This document shows positions 9,506-18,408 of a DNA stretch of 35,238 nt, piece by piece. This DNA is from Candidatus Limiplasma merdipullorum (lineage in GTDB: Bacteria; Bacillota; Clostridia; Christensenellales; Aristaeellaceae): positions 1 to 35,238 of the forward strand of contig DVHQ01000243.1 of the NCBI GenBank assembly GCA_018711955.1. The letters are read 5' to 3'. The number at the start of each line of letters is the position of its first letter. Position 1 is the stretch's first letter. The translations under genes were made by a program, and so were the position numbers. The notes beneath the pieces were generated by a model. The model saw only the letters and a program-made list of their open reading frames with translations. It was not told the origin of the DNA and ran no database searches.

Positions 9506-9535
9506 ATTATAGCATCAACCCGAGAACCCGCGCAA
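9506..9535 (-). promoter_or_regulatory. candidate sigma-A promoter for pgsA
   Basis: Minus strand: TTGCGC, 18 nt, TGcTATAAT (extended -10), about 30 nt upstream of the pgsA start. Confidence 0.5.
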
Positions 9536-9599
9536 CATATGCGCGCCTGAAAGCAGCGCCGTTCGCCGCCCAAACCCGCCTTTTGGCGGTTCATCGCGC

Positions 9600-11387
9600 T
9601 TACTTGCGGCTGACCTTCACCATGACGGCCTTGCCGGCGAGAGGCTCGCCGAACACATCCTTTCCCTCCCGGGCGCAGCGCGTGATGCGCAGCGTATCGG
9701 CATCCACGGCCTCCACCTCCAGGTAGCCGGTCTGCAGGACGGGGTTGTCGCGGCGCTTGTGGAGCAGCTCGCGCACGCCCTCCAGCAGCTTTTCGTCCGG
9801 ATCGTCCCAGTTCATGGGCGCACGGTTCCAGGGGTCGGCCATGCCGGTCATGCCGATCTCGTCGCCATAGTACACGGTGGGCGCGCCGGGCAGGGCGCAC
9901 AGCAGCTTCATGGCCTCCAGATAGCGCTTCTTGGCGCTCTTGAGCTCGCGCTTGCCCAGGGTGATCTTCTTTGCCTCGGCGCGGTCCATCTGCGCGGCGC
10001 CTTCCCGGTTGAGGCCGCACATCGCGTTGAGGATGCGCACGCGGTCGTGGCTGCCCAGCAGGTTCATCAGCGAATAGTAGAAGGGCGCGGGGTATACCTC
10101 CTGCTGATGCAGAATCACCCGGCGCAGCTGATAGGCGTCGATCACGCCGGTGAAAAAGTCGATCACCGCGCAGCGCAGAGGATAGTTCATCACGCTGTCC
10201 AGCATGTCGCCCAGGCAGTAGGAGCGGTTTACGCCATAGGCGGTCTTGTTGCTGGCGTCCTCCCAGACCTCGCCCAGCAGCGTGGCTTCCGGGTCGGCCT
10301 GCTTGACGGCCTTGCGCATCTCAATCACCATGTCCACGGGCAGCTCGTCCACCACGTCCAGCCGCCACCCGCACGCGCCGCGGCGCACCCAGCGGGGCAG
10401 CACACCGGTTTCATCATTCAAGAGGAAATCACGGTAGGAGGGGTTGTCCTTGTTGACGGCGGGCAGCGTATAGAAGCCCCACCAGCAGTCATACCTGTCG
10501 GGGAATTCCTCAAAGCGGTACCAGTCATAATAAGGGCTTTCCTTGCTCTGATACGCGCCCAGCGTGTCATAGCGGCCATAGCGGTTGAAGTACTTGCTGT
10601 CCGCGCCGGTGTGGCTGAACACGCCGTCCAGCAGGATGCGGATGCCGCGCGCCCTGGCTGCCGCCACCAGATCATCAAAGGCGGCTTCGTCGCCCAGAAT
10701 AGGGTCGATTTCCTCATAGCTGCCCGTGTCGTAGCGGTGATTGGAATGCGCGCGGAAGATGGGGTTGAGGTAGATGATGCTCACACCCAGGTCCGCCAGG
10801 TAATCGAGCTTTTGCCTGATGCCCCTGAGCGTGCCGCCGAAAAAGTCCAGGGCGCGGTTATCGCCGTTTTCCGGGTCCAGGTCCAACGTGGGGCGCTCGT
10901 TCCATTCCTCATGGAAGGTGGCGTCCGGATGCGCCGCGGCGATCTTGCGCAAGCGTCCTTTCTGTCCGTTCTTATCCTTATAAAAGCGGTCGGGGAAAAT
11001 CTGGTATATGATCCCGTGACGCAGGTATTCCGGGGTCTGGTAGGCGGGGTCATAGACCGTCACCTGATAGCTGTCGGGCTGGCCGTCATAGCACGCGCCT
11101 TCGCCGCCCAGCTGATCGCGGCTGTTGCCGTAACGCACGTCGCCGTCTGCGCGGCGGATGATAAAGTCATACCAGAAAAGCATGGGCTTGTCCGGTACGG
11201 TGACGGTTGCCTCATAAAGGCTCTCCCCCACAGAAACCATCGGATACAGGCGCTCCGCACCATCCCAGGTGCGCAGCAGCACCTCCGGGCTTTCATCACA
11301 GGCAAAGCGCAGCGTCAGCCTGTTTCCCGCCGCGACGGGCCCAAGGGGATCCCGGTATTGAGCGTCATGTGAATCGTGGTACAGCAT
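9600..11387 (-). CDS. glycoside hydrolase family 13 alpha-glycosidase (neopullulanase / maltodextrin glucosidase-like)
   Basis: GH13 conserved regions: I LDGVFSHTG, II GWRLDVVDE, III LLGEVWED, IV LLGSHDRVR. N-terminal Ig-like extension. GGAGG RBS. Confidence 0.9.
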   Translation of the reverse strand: MLYHDSHDAQYRDPLGPVAAGNRLTLRFACDESPEVLLRTWDGAERLYPMVSVGESLYEATVTVPDKPMLFWYDFIIRRADGDVRYGNSRDQLGGEGACYDGQPDSYQVTVYDPAYQTPEYLRHGIIYQIFPDRFYKDKNGQKGRLRKIAAAHPDATFHEEWNERPTLDLDPENGDNRALDFFGGTLRGIRQKLDYLADLGVSIIYLNPIFRAHSNHRYDTGSYEEIDPILGDEAAFDDLVAAARARGIRILLDGVFSHTGADSKYFNRYGRYDTLGAYQSKESPYYDWYRFEEFPDRYDCWWGFYTLPAVNKDNPSYRDFLLNDETGVLPRWVRRGACGWRLDVVDELPVDMVIEMRKAVKQADPEATLLGEVWEDASNKTAYGVNRSYCLGDMLDSVMNYPLRCAVIDFFTGVIDAYQLRRVILHQQEVYPAPFYYSLMNLLGSHDRVRILNAMCGLNREGAAQMDRAEAKKITLGKRELKSAKKRYLEAMKLLCALPGAPTVYYGDEIGMTGMADPWNRAPMNWDDPDEKLLEGVRELLHKRRDNPVLQTGYLEVEAVDADTLRITRCAREGKDVFGEPLAGKAVMVKVSRK

Positions 11388-11438
11388 TTGGTAGATTCCT
11401 CCGTTCTGCGTGTCAAGGGCATCTTACAAACATTGCGT

Positions 11439-11467
11439 ATTGTAACACAGGATTTGCCAACGTGCAA
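11439..11467 (-). promoter_or_regulatory. candidate sigma-A promoter for the GH13 gene
   Basis: Minus strand: TTGCAC, 17 nt, TGtTACAAT, about 50 nt upstream of ATG 11387. Confidence 0.55.
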
Positions 11468-11556
11468 ATGCAAGGGCCGCCCTTCCTGCATCTTATGCGG
11501 CGGGAAATGCATTTATGCCTCCGCGCGTCACATTTTTCCAGATGGGCGTGCGCGTG

Positions 11557-11585
11557 TTGACGCGCTCCGGCTCCAATGCTAAAAT
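11557..11585 (+). promoter_or_regulatory. candidate sigma-A promoter upstream of the ECF sigma operon
   Basis: TTGACG, 17 nt, TGcTAAAAT. It would give a roughly 180-nt leader before ATG 11775. Confidence 0.55.
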
Positions 11586-11774
11586 GTTCTGAGCGCATGG
11601 TCCCGCTTAATCGGGTCAAACTGACCATGAGTGCCCGCTACACCGCCCCACTTGGAAAATTTCCTCAAGAAAATTTGAATTTTGTGCAGGAAAAGGGAAG
11701 GCGGATTCGTTTGATAAATGAGCACAGTACGCCCGTGAAGGATGCGCGTCCGGGCATTAAACGGAGGCTCGGAC

Positions 11775-12266
11775 ATGCTTAGCTACGAGGAACTTTACGA
11801 GAAGTACGCTACGGACGTGCTGCGCGTCAGCTACTTCTACCTCGGCGACAGGCAGCGCGCGGAGGACGTGTGTCAGGACGTATTCGTGCGCCTGATGACC
11901 AACGCGCCGGACCTGCAGGAGGGCCGTGAAAAGGCCTGGCTGCTCAAAGTGGCGCTCAACCGCTGCCGCGACCTGTGGCGCGGCGCATGGCTCAAGCGCG
12001 TGGTGCTGGGCAGTCCGGCGTTTGAAATGATTCCCGCCCCGGACGACAGCGGCAGGCGCGACGATGAAGAAGCCATGATGAAGGCCATCCACGAACTGCC
12101 TCCCACCTTTCGGGAAGCGATTCTGCTGTACTACTACCAGGGCTACGGCATCGGCGAAATCGCTCAGATGCTCGATTTGCCCGAGGGCACCATCTCCAGC
12201 CGTCTCTCCCGCGCAAGAAAGAAGCTGGAAAGCATTTTGAAGGAAGAAGGAGGTCTTTCGCAGTGA
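11775..12266 (+). CDS. RNA polymerase ECF-type sigma-70 family factor
   Basis: ORF 11742..12266. I prefer ATG 11775, 7 nt after ACGGAGG. Region 2-like AEDVCQDVFVRL and region 4 HTH YYYQGYGIGEIAQMLDLPEGTISSRLSRARKKL. Confidence 0.88.
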   Translation: MLSYEELYEKYATDVLRVSYFYLGDRQRAEDVCQDVFVRLMTNAPDLQEGREKAWLLKVALNRCRDLWRGAWLKRVVLGSPAFEMIPAPDDSGRRDDEEAMMKAIHELPPTFREAILLYYYQGYGIGEIAQMLDLPEGTISSRLSRARKKLESILKEEGGLSQ

Positions 12267-13210
12267 AACGCCTGGAACAACTGCCCGAAGTGGCAAACCG
12301 GCAGCTGGGCGGGTTGACGGCGACGTCCACCCTGCTGGCAAAGGCAAAGCTGCGGGCCGCGGAGATGCGCCAGCCACGCAGGCGCAGCATCAGCTGGAGG
12401 CCTGCGCTGGCCGTATGCGCCGCGTTGGTTTTGTGTGTGGGGGCCGCGCTGTGGGCCTCGGACGGCCATGTGCCCGGCGTCCAGCCCACGCCCACGCAAA
12501 ACGTGCTGGGCAGCCGCTCGGCGGGCGATTCACATCCCTCCACCGCTGCGCCGCGCACCGCCGGTGACGTGCCCGTGGGCAGCCTGTCCATGAGCGCGGG
12601 CAGCGCCAGTTCCAATCAGACCCTGTTCGCGCAGGGCCAGGGGCAGAGCTTTCCGCTCATCACCATGGACGGCGCCACCTACCGCATGCTGCAAAGCCCC
12701 ACCGGCATTTCCAGCTCGCTCCTGGGCGAGGAGCTGGGGCAGGTGACCGAATTTAACGTCGAGCCCGCGCTGGGCACCAGCGGCATGGTGAGCAACGTGG
12801 TGGCCCGCGGGGAGACGGTCTATGCCATTTCCGGCATGAGCGGCGCCCTGGTGGCGGCTCAGGTGGACGGAAGCACGCGCGTGTTCCAGCGCGTAAGCTA
12901 TGCGGGCACCGCCATTATCGGCTCCGAGACCCTGGCCGATACCCTGTGCGACCCCGCCGACGTGGAGTGGATGGAGTTGGCGGGCACGGGCCGTATAGCC
13001 GACGTAGCCACCGCCCAGCAGCTGATGCAGATTCTGGTGGATTATGCCGACTATCAGAGCACGGCCATGAGCGGCTCCGGTTCCCTGCTTATCGGTCTGA
13101 AAAACGGGCTCACGCTGCAGCTGCTGGTCAGCGATGAATCCGTCAGCGCCTGCGGCACGTGGAGCTGCCCGGATTTCTTCGAGGCTTTTGATGAGGCCGT
13201 TGCGTCCTGA
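12263..13210 (+). CDS. putative anti-sigma factor (single-pass membrane protein)
   Basis: The GTG start overlaps the sigma-factor stop (GTGA). Short N-terminal cytoplasmic segment, one TM helix (ALAVCAALVLCVGAALWA), and a roughly 250-aa extracytoplasmic domain. No ZAS HxxxCxxC motif. The role is inferred from position. Confidence 0.55.
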   Translation: MKRLEQLPEVANRQLGGLTATSTLLAKAKLRAAEMRQPRRRSISWRPALAVCAALVLCVGAALWASDGHVPGVQPTPTQNVLGSRSAGDSHPSTAAPRTAGDVPVGSLSMSAGSASSNQTLFAQGQGQSFPLITMDGATYRMLQSPTGISSSLLGEELGQVTEFNVEPALGTSGMVSNVVARGETVYAISGMSGALVAAQVDGSTRVFQRVSYAGTAIIGSETLADTLCDPADVEWMELAGTGRIADVATAQQLMQILVDYADYQSTAMSGSGSLLIGLKNGLTLQLLVSDESVSACGTWSCPDFFEAFDEAVAS

Positions 13211-13230
13211 CCATGGCATGCATAACGACA

Positions 13231-13267
13231 AAACCGCCGCAGGAGCGTTCTTGCCCCGCGGCGGTTT
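13231..13267. terminator. bidirectional hairpin between convergent genes
   Basis: AAACCGCCGC ... GCGGCGGTTT (10-bp stem, 17-nt loop) between the stops at 13210 (+) and 13271 (-). Confidence 0.6.
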
Positions 13268-13270
13268 CGT

Positions 13271-14125
13271 CTATTCCATCAGCCTTCGGAAGCCTTCGCC
13301 CAGCACCTCGTGCGCATCGCTGATGAAAAGGAATGCGTTCTCATCCGCCTCCCGCACGATGGCCTTGAGCCGTCCCATCTCCTGCGCGCTCAGGACGCAC
13401 AGCAGCACCGGGCGTTCCTGTCCGCTGTAGCCGCCCTCGGCACGGAGCACCGTTACCCCCCGGTCCAGCTTCTGCATAATTTCCTGCTTCACCCGCTCAT
13501 GCTGGGTGGAGATGATGTAGCAGGCCTTTTCGCGGGCGAGGCCCACCATTACCACATCAATCAGCCTGCTGGAGGCATACAGGGAGGCAAACGCGTAGAG
13601 GGCATATTCCGCCTCGATGAAGAAACCGGCCATCAGCACCACGCAGCAGTCAATCAGAAACAGAATGGCCCCCACCGAGATGTGCTGAAAGCGGTTGTGA
13701 ATCATGCGGGCCGCCATATCCGTGCCGCCCGTGGTCGCGCCGCCGCGCAGGATGAGCCCCAGACCTGCGCCCAGCAGCACCCCGCCGAACACCGCTCCCA
13801 GCAGGGGCTGCTGCGTCATGGGCGGCAGCGGGATCAGGTCGATCAGGACCGAGAAAAGCACCGTCGCCACCAGCGACCGGATCACAAATACCCGCCCCAT
13901 CGCCCGGTAGCCGATGATGAACAGCGGTATGTTCATCAGCAGGCTGGTTGTGCCCACGGGCCAGTGGAACAAATAGTTCAGCACCGTAGCCAGGCCGGTC
14001 AGGCCGCCCGGCGCGATGTGGTTGGGCACCAGAAACAGCGGGTAGGCCAGCGCGCCCAGAGCGCAGCCCAGCACGATCTGCACGGTGGAAGCAAGATGCT
14101 CGTTTTTCAACAGGTTTTTTCTCAT
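13271..14125 (-). CDS. YitT family membrane protein (DUF2179-containing)
   Basis: ORF 13271..14335. I prefer ATG 14125, preceded by AAAGGAG. YitT-like LFLVPNHIAPGGLTGLA and GGTTGGTD. C-terminal DUF2179-like VTVLRAEGGYSGQERPVLLCV. Confidence 0.85.
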   Translation of the reverse strand: MRKNLLKNEHLASTVQIVLGCALGALAYPLFLVPNHIAPGGLTGLATVLNYLFHWPVGTTSLLMNIPLFIIGYRAMGRVFVIRSLVATVLFSVLIDLIPLPPMTQQPLLGAVFGGVLLGAGLGLILRGGATTGGTDMAARMIHNRFQHISVGAILFLIDCCVVLMAGFFIEAEYALYAFASLYASSRLIDVVMVGLAREKACYIISTQHERVKQEIMQKLDRGVTVLRAEGGYSGQERPVLLCVLSAQEMGRLKAIVREADENAFLFISDAHEVLGEGFRRLME

Positions 14126-14178
14126 GTGTTCTCCTTTGGTTTTGCTGGGCGGCCCTCTTGACGGGAGCCGCCCTTTTT

Positions 14179-14535
14179 CTATTGTGCATCGTCCTCGCAG
14201 GTCATATCCAGCGACACGCCCAGCGCCCGCTCCACGCGACGCATGCTCTCCGGCGCCAGCGCGCCCAGACGCCGCCTGAGGCGGGTTTTTTCCAGGGTGC
14301 GCACCTGTTCGCACAGCACGATGGACTCGCGCCACAGCCCGCCCTCTCCCCGCGGGATGTGCACATGCGTGGGCAGCGCCGGCTTGCCGGTACTGCCCGT
14401 TAGCGGCACCGCAATCACCGTGGGCGAATGCAGGTTTCCCATATCGTTTTGAATGATGGCCACTGGACGCGTTCCTCCCTGCTCGCTTCCGACCACGGGG
14501 TCCAGCTCGGCCATGTATATATCGCCTCGTTTCAT
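14179..14535 (-). CDS. mazF: type II toxin-antitoxin system PemK/MazF family endoribonuclease toxin
   Basis: 118 aa. MKRGDIYMAELDPVVGSEQGGTRPVAIIQND ... SPTVIAVPLT ... ESIVLCEQVRTLEK is a typical MazF/EndoA pattern. GGAG RBS. Confidence 0.88.
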   Translation of the reverse strand: MKRGDIYMAELDPVVGSEQGGTRPVAIIQNDMGNLHSPTVIAVPLTGSTGKPALPTHVHIPRGEGGLWRESIVLCEQVRTLEKTRLRRRLGALAPESMRRVERALGVSLDMTCEDDAQ

Positions 14536-14568
14536 GCTTTCACACTCCGAAGGCGGCCCTGCTTAGTT

Positions 14569-14597
14569 ATCATATCATGAAGCGGGCGGATTGTAAA
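14569..14597 (-). promoter_or_regulatory. candidate sigma-A promoter for mazF
   Basis: Minus strand: TTTACA, 17 nt, TGaTATGAT, about 30 nt upstream of the mazF ATG. Confidence 0.55.
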
Positions 14598-14688
14598 ACG
14601 CCGCCGCGCTTTTCCCGGACCGCCCACGTCATCCTATGCGCCCGCCAGGGATGGTGTGCCGCAAAGACAGGTGCGCTACATCTGGCGG

Positions 14689-14717
14689 TTGATTTTTAGA
14701 ACATATGTTCGTATAAT
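14689..14717 (+). promoter_or_regulatory. sigma-A promoter of the Y-family polymerase gene
   Basis: TTGATT (14689-14694), 17 nt, TATAAT (14712-14717). Confidence 0.7.
14699..14710. promoter_or_regulatory. LexA (Cheo/SOS) box 1
   Basis: GAACATATGTTC is a perfect GAAC-N4-GTTC palindrome in the promoter spacer, abutting the -10. Confidence 0.75.
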
Positions 14718-14723
14718 GAGATA

Positions 14724-14735
14724 GAACATACGTTC
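14724..14735. promoter_or_regulatory. LexA (Cheo/SOS) box 2
   Basis: GAACATACGTTC is a perfect GAAC-N4-GTTC motif at about the transcription start. Confidence 0.75.
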
Positions 14736-14762
14736 GCATTTTGCGCTGTTGAGGCGGTTGGC

Positions 14763-15932
14763 ATGGCAAAGGTCATTCTGCACGCAGATTTAAATAACTT
14801 CTATGCCTCCGTGGCCTGCCTGCACCGGCCGGACCTGCGGGAGGTACCCGTGGCGGTCTGCGGTGACCCCGCGCGCAGGCACGGCATCGTCCTGGCCAAG
14901 AACATGCCTGCCAAGCGATATGGGATTCAGACGGGGCAGGTGCTGTGGCAGGCGTTTCAGCTATGCCCGCGCCTGACGACCATCGCGCCGGATTACCGGG
15001 AGGTCTCCCGCATGAGCCAGACAGTGCGCACGATTTTTGGGCGTTACACCGACCGGGTGCAGCCCTTCGGCATCGACGAGGCCTGGCTGGATCTGACTGC
15101 GCCCGATATGACGCTGGAGCAGGGCGAGCGCATCGCCAATCATCTGCGCCATACCGTGCGGGAGGAAACCGGCCTGACGGTAAGCGTAGGCGTGAGCGAC
15201 AGCCGTGTATTGGCCAAGCTGGGCAGCGACCTGAAAAAACCGGACGCCGTCAGCCTGATCTGCGAGCAGAACCGATCCCAGGTGCTGGACCCGTTGCCCA
15301 TCGGGTCGCTCCTGTTCGTAGGACGGGCGACGGCGCGCAAGCTCAACGCCATCGGCATCTACACCGTAGGACAACTGGCCGCGGCGGACCCGCAGGTGCT
15401 GCGCGGCGTGCTGGGCAAGGCAGGGCTCACGCTCAGCGGCTTTGCGCGCGGCGCGGACGACGCATCCCTTTTCTTGGATGACCAGCCGGTCAAAAGCGTG
15501 GGCAACTCCACCACCACCCCCAGCGATGTGACGGATGAGCGCGGGGCGCGCCTGACGCTGCTGGACCTGAGTGAGAGCGTGGCCTTCCGGTTGCGCCAGC
15601 AGGGCATGGCCGGACGCGTGGTGGAGCTCAGCCTGCGTGATACGGCCATGCGCACCGTCACCCGCCAGCTTACGCTGGACCGGCCCACCGATTGCAGCTA
15701 TAACATTCTCGACGGCGCCATGGACCTGCTGGACCGGCACTGGCGTCCGCGCGTGCCGCTTCGCGCGCTGGGCGTATGCGTGAGCGCGCTGTACCCCGCG
15801 AACCAGAACATCCAGCTCTCCTTTCTCCCCGAGGAGGCGGCGAATCAACGGCACATGGCCCTGGACCGCATGGTGGACGAAATCCGCGGCCGGTACGGCC
15901 ATGACGCCATCCGCCGCGGGGCGTGGGTATAA
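14763..15932 (+). CDS. Y-family DNA polymerase (DinB/Pol IV - UmuC type)
   Basis: N-terminal ILHADLNNFYASVA (catalytic Asp block; D-x-N-x-FYAS is UmuC-like). FGIDEAWLD (catalytic D-E). Little-finger-length C-terminus. Two LexA boxes upstream. Confidence 0.9.
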   Translation: MAKVILHADLNNFYASVACLHRPDLREVPVAVCGDPARRHGIVLAKNMPAKRYGIQTGQVLWQAFQLCPRLTTIAPDYREVSRMSQTVRTIFGRYTDRVQPFGIDEAWLDLTAPDMTLEQGERIANHLRHTVREETGLTVSVGVSDSRVLAKLGSDLKKPDAVSLICEQNRSQVLDPLPIGSLLFVGRATARKLNAIGIYTVGQLAAADPQVLRGVLGKAGLTLSGFARGADDASLFLDDQPVKSVGNSTTTPSDVTDERGARLTLLDLSESVAFRLRQQGMAGRVVELSLRDTAMRTVTRQLTLDRPTDCSYNILDGAMDLLDRHWRPRVPLRALGVCVSALYPANQNIQLSFLPEEAANQRHMALDRMVDEIRGRYGHDAIRRGAWV

Positions 15933-15938
15933 GACGAA

Positions 15939-15970
15939 CAGACCCGGCGAAACTGCTTCCGCCGGGTCTG
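15939..15970. terminator. GC-rich hairpin after the polymerase gene (no clear U-tract)
   Basis: CAGACCCGGCG-10 nt-CGCCGGGTCTG, an 11-bp perfect stem 6 nt after the stop. No T-run on the + strand, and only a U-rich stretch on the - strand. Confidence 0.4.
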
Positions 15971-15971
15971 C

Positions 15972-16112
15972 GCGCATCGAAAAAGTCCGCCGTGCCGCCT
16001 CTTCCGACAAAACGGAAAACCCTGGTTCATCGCGCTCGCAGCCAGGGTTTTCCGCACGGATTCGGATTTCATTTGGAGGGACGGTCCCTCCAAACCTCTC
16101 AGAATGGGTTTT
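15972..16112 (-). ncRNA. copy B of an unclassified structured RNA/repeat element (3' of thrS)
   Basis: The minus-strand core 16109..16058 matches 33146..33198 (+) at 45 identical positions in a 54-column hand alignment. It contains the 10-bp hairpin UUUGGAGGGA-CCG-UCCCUCCAAA. A 13-bp stem CGGAAAACCCUGG/CCAGGGUUUUCCG plus UUUUG follows (16054..16008). A second 3' block, GGCGGACUUUUUCGAUGCGC, matches 33292..33312 at 18 of 21 positions. Confidence 0.45.
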
Positions 16113-16187
16113 CCGACAGTCTGCGTACCGGGTGTATAGGGCACTCGGCGCGTCAGCCTGTCGGAAAAAGGTACGGCTCTGTTTCCG

Positions 16188-18095
<1,908 letters not shown>

Positions 18096-18124
18096 GGCTT
18101 GCGTACTCCTTTCTGTATCTACGG

Positions 18125-18365
18125 GGACGGAAAACGCCCGCCCCCACATGCGGTATGCGGGGGCGGGCGATGATTTTTCGCTCGCGGTTCCACCCTGCTT
18201 GAACGCCCCGAAGGGCCTCCACTCATTGTCCGGCGCTGTATCGCGCGCCTCGCGGCCCGTCGGCGGGTGGTGTCCATCGGTCCGTGGCATCCGCCGCTTG
18301 CAGCCGGGGCGGCGGTCTCTGAAATGCCCCATCACCATGGCGCGTCCCGCGTCATCCGAAGCACG
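18125..18365 (-). promoter_or_regulatory. T-box riboswitch leader of thrS (probable ACC Thr specifier)
   Basis: Minus-strand T-box sequence AGGGUGGAACCGCGAG (18196..18181). Terminator CGCCCGCCCCC...GGGGGCGGGCG plus UUUU (18169..18131). AGAGA box. ACC followed by A at 18271..18268 on the 3' side of stem I. Leader is about 265 nt. Confidence 0.85.
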
Positions 18366-18368
18366 CTC

Positions 18369-18397
18369 ACTATAGCATTTGCCGCGCCGCCTGTCAA
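18369..18397 (-). promoter_or_regulatory. sigma-A promoter of the thrS leader
   Basis: Minus strand: TTGACA (18397..18392), 17 nt, TATAGT (18374..18369). Confidence 0.7.
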
Positions 18398-18408
18398 GCG
18401 GAAAATCT

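Noticed and set aside
11576-11782. 68-aa ORF in the leader of the ECF sigma gene
   Set aside because: It has no Shine-Dalgarno for any of its ATGs, it sits in a low-GC intergenic-like region, it ends out of frame inside the sigma start region, and it has no recognisable family.
14532-14627. 31-codon ORF overlapping the mazF start, as a bona fide antitoxin
   Set aside because: It is far shorter than MazE/RHH antitoxins, needs a GTG start without an RBS, and begins upstream of the predicted mazF promoter. I keep it only as a possible vestige (see the mazF finding).
16092-16109. Resemblance of ACCCAUUCUGAGAGG to the TPP-riboswitch CUGAGA box or the PyrR binding loop (UCCAGAGAGG)
   Set aside because: Only a 6-8 nt match. 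The other TPP elements (the ACCUGAUCUGGAUAAUGCCAGCG pyrimidine-sensor helix) are absent. Copy A has UUUUGAAAGG at the same position. No thi or pyr genes are nearby.
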